This document shows, one piece after another, positions 28,359 through 32,000 of a stretch of DNA of 32,000 bases. The position numbers and the translations under genes were made by a program. Within the stretch, counting starts at the first letter, position 1, and each line of letters begins with the position of its first letter. The notes beneath the pieces are model-generated. The model saw nothing but the letters and a program-made list of their open reading frames with translations. It searched no databases and was not told the DNA's origin. Source of the DNA: Bacteroidales bacterium (GTDB lineage Bacteria > Bacteroidota > Bacteroidia > Bacteroidales > DTU049); NCBI GenBank assembly GCA_018056215.1, contig JAGPGB010000002.1, forward strand, positions 1-32,000. Direction: 5' to 3'.

Positions 28359-28829
28359 CTATTCTATTTTCAAAATTTTATACTTTATCACACCAGCTGG
28401 CACTTGGATATCTACGATATCATCAATTTTTTTACCTATCAGAGCCTGAGCTACAGGACTATTGACACCGAGATGTTTTTTCTTAAGATCTGCTTCTTTG
28501 TCTGGTACTATCTTATAAGAGATTACCTGATTATTAGACAAATTTTTAATAGTAACTGTCGTTAAAATCCTAACTTGAGATTTATCAACCTCAGTCTCAT
28601 CGATAATTTTAACATTCGCCAATAGTTTTTGCAGTTGAGCGATTTCTAATTCTAGATGAGCCTGTGCATCTTTAGCAGCGTCATATTCAGCATTTTCTGA
28701 TAAATCGCCTTTTTCTCTAGCCTCTGCTATCATCTGAGCTATATGTGGCCTCTCCTCATGTATCAGTTTATTCAACTTATTTTGAAGATTTTCAAAACCT
28801 TCCTTTGTGAGATATGTTATTTCATCCAT
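28359..28829 (-). CDS. greA: Transcription elongation factor GreA
   Basis: 156 aa. N-terminal coiled coil with the acidic tip GDLSENAEYDAAKD and a C-terminal FKBP-like domain (SPVAQALIGKK). Confidence 0.96.
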   Translation of the reverse strand: MDEITYLTKEGFENLQNKLNKLIHEERPHIAQMIAEAREKGDLSENAEYDAAKDAQAHLELEIAQLQKLLANVKIIDETEVDKSQVRILTTVTIKNLSNNQVISYKIVPDKEADLKKKHLGVNSPVAQALIGKKIDDIVDIQVPAGVIKYKILKIE

Positions 28830-28860
28830 AATGATAAATTTACTTTTTTATAAAAAATAT

Positions 28861-28894
28861 AAAAAAACATTCCCACGCATTTCAAGCATGGGAA
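28861..28894 (-). terminator. Rho-independent terminator downstream of ispD / in the greA leader
   Basis: On the minus-strand RNA, UUCCCAUGC-uugaaau-GCGUGGGAA forms 9 bp. The single non-Watson-Crick pair is G-U on the minus strand but C-A on the plus strand. It is followed by UGUUUUUUU. Confidence 0.7.
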
Positions 28895-28910
28895 AATTTT
28901 ATTTGCAAAA

Positions 28911-29588
28911 TTAATAAAAATTTTCTAATATAGCAGATATTAAAATTAAATCTTCAGGATAAGTAATTTTAAGATTTAATCTAGTACCTTCAAAAAAAGT
29001 AAGTGGTAGATTTTTACTTTCCCATACATTAGCATCATCAGTAAATTTATCATTATAGTCTTGCTCATAAGCTTGTTTTAGTAGAGAAATATTAAAAAAT
29101 TGTGGAGTGTCGATTAGCATAACCTTGTCTCTATCTACGATTAAATTTTTATCCTCATCTTGTATCCTAACAGAATTATAAGTTTTATGATACGGGATAG
29201 CACAATTATTAGCTTTTGCTAATTTATAACCTTTTCTAATTAATGGTAGAGGTACATATGGTCTAGCAGCATCATGAATAGCCACCAATCCATCATCAGG
29301 TAAAGTCGCAAGAGCATTTTTTACACTATCGAAACGTTCTTTACCACCTATTACAGTTTTTATCCCCTTATATTCAGGATAATTATACCAAAATGCTATA
29401 TAGTATACTTTATGCATACTATTAATCACCAAGATAATATTAGAAACTGGAACAAGTTTAGCAAAAGACTCTATGCTATAGCAAAGAAAAAATTTTCCAT
29501 TAAAAGACATTAATGGTTTAGGAATATTGCTATGCATACGTCTGCTTTGGCCACCAGCTAAAATAATTGCATATTTGTTATTATCCAT
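28911..29588 (-). CDS. ispD: 2-C-methyl-D-erythritol 4-phosphate cytidylyltransferase
   Basis: 225 aa. N-terminal AIILAGGQSRRM nucleotide-binding loop, VAIHDAARP block, IspD size. Confidence 0.88.
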   Translation of the reverse strand: MDNNKYAIILAGGQSRRMHSNIPKPLMSFNGKFFLCYSIESFAKLVPVSNIILVINSMHKVYYIAFWYNYPEYKGIKTVIGGKERFDSVKNALATLPDDGLVAIHDAARPYVPLPLIRKGYKLAKANNCAIPYHKTYNSVRIQDEDKNLIVDRDKVMLIDTPQFFNISLLKQAYEQDYNDKFTDDANVWESKNLPLTFFEGTRLNLKITYPEDLILISAILENFY

Positions 29589-29598
29589 TTGTCAATAA

Positions 29599-30660
29599 TT
29601 AATCAATTATTAACATTGCATCACCATAAACATGAAAACGATATTTTTCTTTGACAGCTAATTCATAAGCAGACATCAAAAGTTCATAATCTGCGAAAGT
29701 AGCAGCAGACATCAGAGATATACTATAAGGCAAATTAAAATTGGTTAAAAATGCATCTGGTACATGAAAATCATAAGGTGGATAAATAAAAAGAGATGTC
29801 CATCTATGAGCTGGCATCAAATATCCATCGATAGAATGAGATGATTCAATAGATTTCATCACAGAGTTACCAACTGCACAAATCTTTTTCTTATTTTTTT
29901 TAGCTTCATTAACTATCTGACAGGCTTCTTCATTAATGATAAACTCCTCTGCATCGATTTTATGCCTAGCTAAATCTTGAACGTCAATTTTTCGCAAATC
30001 TCCTAATCCAATATGTACAGTAATTTCAGCAAAATTAATACCTTTTACTCTCATTCTTTTCATTAATAGTTCAGTGAAATGTAATCCAGCGAAAGGTGGT
30101 AAAACAGAGCCTTCTACTTTAGCAAAAACAGTTTGGAAATATTCATTATCAATAGGTTCAGTAGAACGATCCAAAAGTACAGGTACAGCTAATTCCCCTA
30201 AACTTTTTAGCAAGCTCAAAAATTTATCATGTGGCATCTCTGTGAGAAAGCGAATAGTACGTCCACGAGAAGTAGTATTATCTATAACCTCTGCAACCAA
30301 TTCACTATTATCTCCAAAATATAATTTGTTACCAATACGAATTTTTCTCGCTGGCTCTACAGTAACATCCCACAATTTAAGATCTTCATTTAGCTCCCTT
30401 AAAAGTATCACTTCTATTTGAGCTCCAGTACGTTCTTTTGTTGCTATTAATCTAGCAGGGATTACTTTAGTATTATTAATGATCATCACATCTCCATCAT
30501 CAAAATAATCTGTAATATTTTTGAAAATTTTATGCTCAATTTCACCTGTTTTTTTATGTATCACCATTAGCCGACACTCATCTCTCTCCTCCATAGGGTA
30601 TCTCGCTATCAATTCATCAGGTAGATCAAAATTAAAATGCATCAATTTTTTAGGTTCCAT
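29599..30660 (-). CDS. queA: S-adenosylmethionine:tRNA ribosyltransferase-isomerase
   Basis: 353 aa. N-terminus FNFDLPDELIARYP, FAGLHFT, VGNSVMKSIES, typical QueA length. Confidence 0.95.
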   Translation of the reverse strand: MEPKKLMHFNFDLPDELIARYPMEERDECRLMVIHKKTGEIEHKIFKNITDYFDDGDVMIINNTKVIPARLIATKERTGAQIEVILLRELNEDLKLWDVTVEPARKIRIGNKLYFGDNSELVAEVIDNTTSRGRTIRFLTEMPHDKFLSLLKSLGELAVPVLLDRSTEPIDNEYFQTVFAKVEGSVLPPFAGLHFTELLMKRMRVKGINFAEITVHIGLGDLRKIDVQDLARHKIDAEEFIINEEACQIVNEAKKNKKKICAVGNSVMKSIESSHSIDGYLMPAHRWTSLFIYPPYDFHVPDAFLTNFNLPYSISLMSAATFADYELLMSAYELAVKEKYRFHVYGDAMLIID

Positions 30661-30783
30661 AAATTAATTTTTTTAATAGGAATTTAATATACGTAGAATA
30701 ATCGTTTTTGTTACATTATTTAAATAATATTAGAAAAAGTGTATCTTAACAAATAACAAAGAATATTCTTTAATTTCATTTAA

Positions 30784-30867
30784 TGCCCGGAACAGGACTC
30801 GAACCTGCACACTTGTGACAGTACTAGTCCCTGAAACTAGCGCGTCTACCAATTCCGCCATCCGGGC
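30784..30867 (-). tRNA. tRNA-Leu (anticodon CAG)
   Basis: The reverse complement GCCCGGATGGCGGAATTGGTAGACGCGCTAGTTTCAGGGACTAGTACTGTCACAAGTGTGCAGGTTCGAGTCCTGTTCCGGGCA is a class II tRNA with a long variable arm. The anticodon stem is CTAGT/ACTAG and the loop is TT-CAG-GG. No CCA is encoded. Confidence 0.93.
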
Positions 30868-30877
30868 ATAAAAAAAG

Positions 30878-30961
30878 TGCCCAGGACAAGACTCGAACTT
30901 GCACACCCTTGCAGGCACTACCCCCTCAAAGTAGCGCGTCTACCAATTCCGCCACCTGGGC
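30878..30961 (-). tRNA. tRNA-Leu (anticodon GAG)
   Basis: The reverse complement GCCCAGGTGGCGGAATTGGTAGACGCGCTACTTTGAGGGGGTAGTGCCTGCAAGGGTGTGCAAGTTCGAGTCTTGTCCTGGGCA has the loop TT-GAG-GG and a long variable arm. It lies 10 nt upstream of tRNA-Leu(CAG). Confidence 0.93.
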
Positions 30962-30970
30962 AATTTTTTG

Positions 30971-30978
30971 CAAAATTA
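30971..30978 (-). promoter_or_regulatory. -7 promoter box TAATTTTG for the tRNA-Leu tandem
   Basis: The plus-strand caaaatta is TAATTTTG on the minus strand, 9 nt upstream of the first tRNA 5' end. Confidence 0.5.
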
Positions 30979-31159
30979 AATATTTTTTTTCGCAATAAAA
31001 AATTTAATTTTTGTTTAAGATTTATAAAAACAATTTGCCATAAAGCAGAAAATTATCATAAAAAATAATAATATTAAAATTCTTTGAAATAGACTTTCAG
31101 CTAATAAATTTTGCTAAAAATTTTTGTATTAATAAAATAAACAAATATCAATTTTTGTA

Positions 31160-31300
31160 ACGTGTTAGAGCCGCATTGGGAAATGATTTATTATAAAACA
31201 AGAAAGCTGAGTAAAGGTATTGAGCAAACGTAGTGAGTGAGTTTGCAAAACCCAATGGTTGATTACAAAGTTTTATAAAATCATTTATCCAGCAGAGACT
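31160..31300. ncRNA. Candidate structured RNA or palindromic element (unclassified; strand undetermined)
   Basis: This block has visibly more G/C than the rest of the 570-bp, very AT-rich intergenic region. The arm at 31178-31199 (GGGAAATGATTTATTATAAAAC) pairs with 31270-31290 (GTTTTATAAAATCATTTATCC), giving 9+8 contiguous bp plus GG/CC. The enclosed ~70 nt contain a GCAAAC/GTTTGC hairpin (31224-31246). There is also a competing pairing, GCATTGGG (31173-31180) with CCCAATG (31251-31257). No ORF is present. Confidence 0.25.
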
Positions 31301-31506
31301 TTTCTTTGTTTCATTCTTTTCATAATTGGAAAAGGAAGAATTTATAAAAATACTTTAAAATAAATAAAATTCCATTTTTAAAAATATAGTTATTACTGAT
31401 ATATTCACAGTAATAATCAGTTATAAATTAAACGCTTAATTCAAATTATTTTATTGTTATTAATATAAAACTTATCATTTATATTATTCTTTTAAATCAA
31501 TTTTAT

Positions 31507-31514
31507 TACTTTTG
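31507..31514 (+). promoter_or_regulatory. -7 promoter box TACTTTTG upstream of the ABC ATPase gene
   Basis: TAnnTTTG match 20 nt upstream of the ATG at 31535. Confidence 0.45.
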
Positions 31515-31534
31515 CAAAAAACTTAATATTAAAT

Positions 31535-32000
31535 ATGAACAATGCTATAGAAGTTTCTAATATTACAAAAAAATATAGAGAGCATACGGCTTTAGATAAT
31601 GTGAGTTTCGCAGTACCTAATGGTAGTATTTTTGGTATTTTAGGACCGAATGGTGCTGGTAAAACCACACTATTGCGAATAATTAATAATATAATACCAC
31701 CAGATAGTGGAGAAATATTACTCTATGATGAGCCACTTAGTGACAAACATATGGAAGAGATTGGTTATCTACCTGAAGAGCGTGGTTTATACAAGAAAAT
31801 GTCTGTTGGTGATCAAGTTTTATATCTTTCACAACTAAAGGGACTTTCGCAGAAAGAAGCTAGAGAAAAGATAAACTATTGGTTTGATAAATTAGATATA
31901 AAATCTTGGTTGGGTAGAAAAGTAGAAGAATTATCAAAAGGAATGCAACAAAAAGTACAATTTATTATTACTGTTTTGCATTCTCCTAAATTACTAATCT
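31535..32000 (+). CDS. ABC transporter ATP-binding protein (ABC-2/exporter type), 5' part; continues beyond the window
   Basis: The frame is open from the ATG at 31535 to the window end: MNNAIEVSNITKKYREHTALDNVSFAVPNGSIFGILGPNGAGKTT (Walker A), IGYLPEERGLYKKM, LSKGMQQKV (signature motif variant). It is absent from the ORF track because it has no stop in the window. Confidence 0.9.
   Translation, partial: MNNAIEVSNITKKYREHTALDNVSFAVPNGSIFGILGPNGAGKTTLLRIINNIIPPDSGEILLYDEPLSDKHMEEIGYLPEERGLYKKMSVGDQVLYLSQLKGLSQKEAREKINYWFDKLDIKSWLGRKVEELSKGMQQKVQFIITVLHSPKLLI

Noticed and set aside
30074-30421. 115-aa ORF antisense to queA
   Set aside because: It lies entirely within the conserved queA coding region. 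Its Ser/Lys-rich, low-information sequence is typical of an antisense frame.
30730-31068. Track ORFs 30730-30918(-) and 30877-31068(+), across the tRNA-Leu genes
   Set aside because: They are translations of tRNA genes and their AT-rich flanks. The tRNA cloverleaves explain the sequence fully.
31160-31300. Assigning the structured intergenic island to a known RNA class (SRP/4.5S, RNase P, tmRNA, 6S, TPP/SAM/preQ1/fluoride/cobalamin riboswitch)
   Set aside because: None of the conserved core motifs I know is present on either strand: AGGAAGCAGCC-type SRP domain IV, GAGGAAAGUCC of RNase P, the tmRNA tRNA-like ends, CUGAGA...ACCUGA of TPP, or the B12 box. It is therefore reported only as an unclassified candidate.
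1-32000. CRISPR arrays, prophage or integrase genes, toxin-antitoxin pairs, retron/DGR-type reverse transcriptases, rRNA genes
   Set aside because: I scanned for regularly spaced direct repeats, for integrase, RT or Cas-like ORFs, and for small paired ORFs, and saw none. Apart from short hairpin or palindromic inverted repeats, the only repeats longer than ~30 bp that I can see are the two IS copies and the partially similar tRNA-Leu genes.

Overview
The window is AT-rich chromosomal DNA, roughly 30% G+C by eye (not computed). It looks like Bacteroidota (Flavobacteriia/Cytophagia-like). Supporting this: TAnnTTTG -7 promoter boxes upstream of many genes and tRNAs, Na+-NQR genes, a TPR/beta-propeller/OmpA outer-membrane protein, short Bacteroidetes-type ParE and long PurM, and a lipoprotein M28/glutaminyl-cyclase-like protein. 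Most of the window is ordinary housekeeping: cysS, dtd, acpH-like, sucC, queE, nqrABC, purM-like, parE, nnr, aroB, era, a HIT protein, greA, ispD, queA, three tRNAs and a partial ABC ATPase. The accessory content has two parts. (1) At the left edge is a compact three-gene restriction-modification operon: a 602-aa AlwI/MlyI/PleI/N.BstNBI-like Type IIS endonuclease, translationally coupled to two separate beta-class DPPY methyltransferases. (2) Two diverged, co-oriented copies of a ~1.14-kb IS1595-like insertion sequence bracket ~11.4 kb of core genes. One copy lies next to a Na+-NQR cluster that stops after nqrC. Other points worth a second look are a tRNA-Glu-like gene with a non-canonical anticodon loop (C33), a structured island with visibly more G/C than its flanks in a 570-bp intergenic region upstream of the ABC transporter gene, and a promoter-box/terminator arrangement in front of greA. 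I see no CRISPR array, prophage, toxin-antitoxin pair or clearly novel multi-gene system. The R-M operon belongs to a known family, and the rest is mainly evidence of IS-driven rearrangement.
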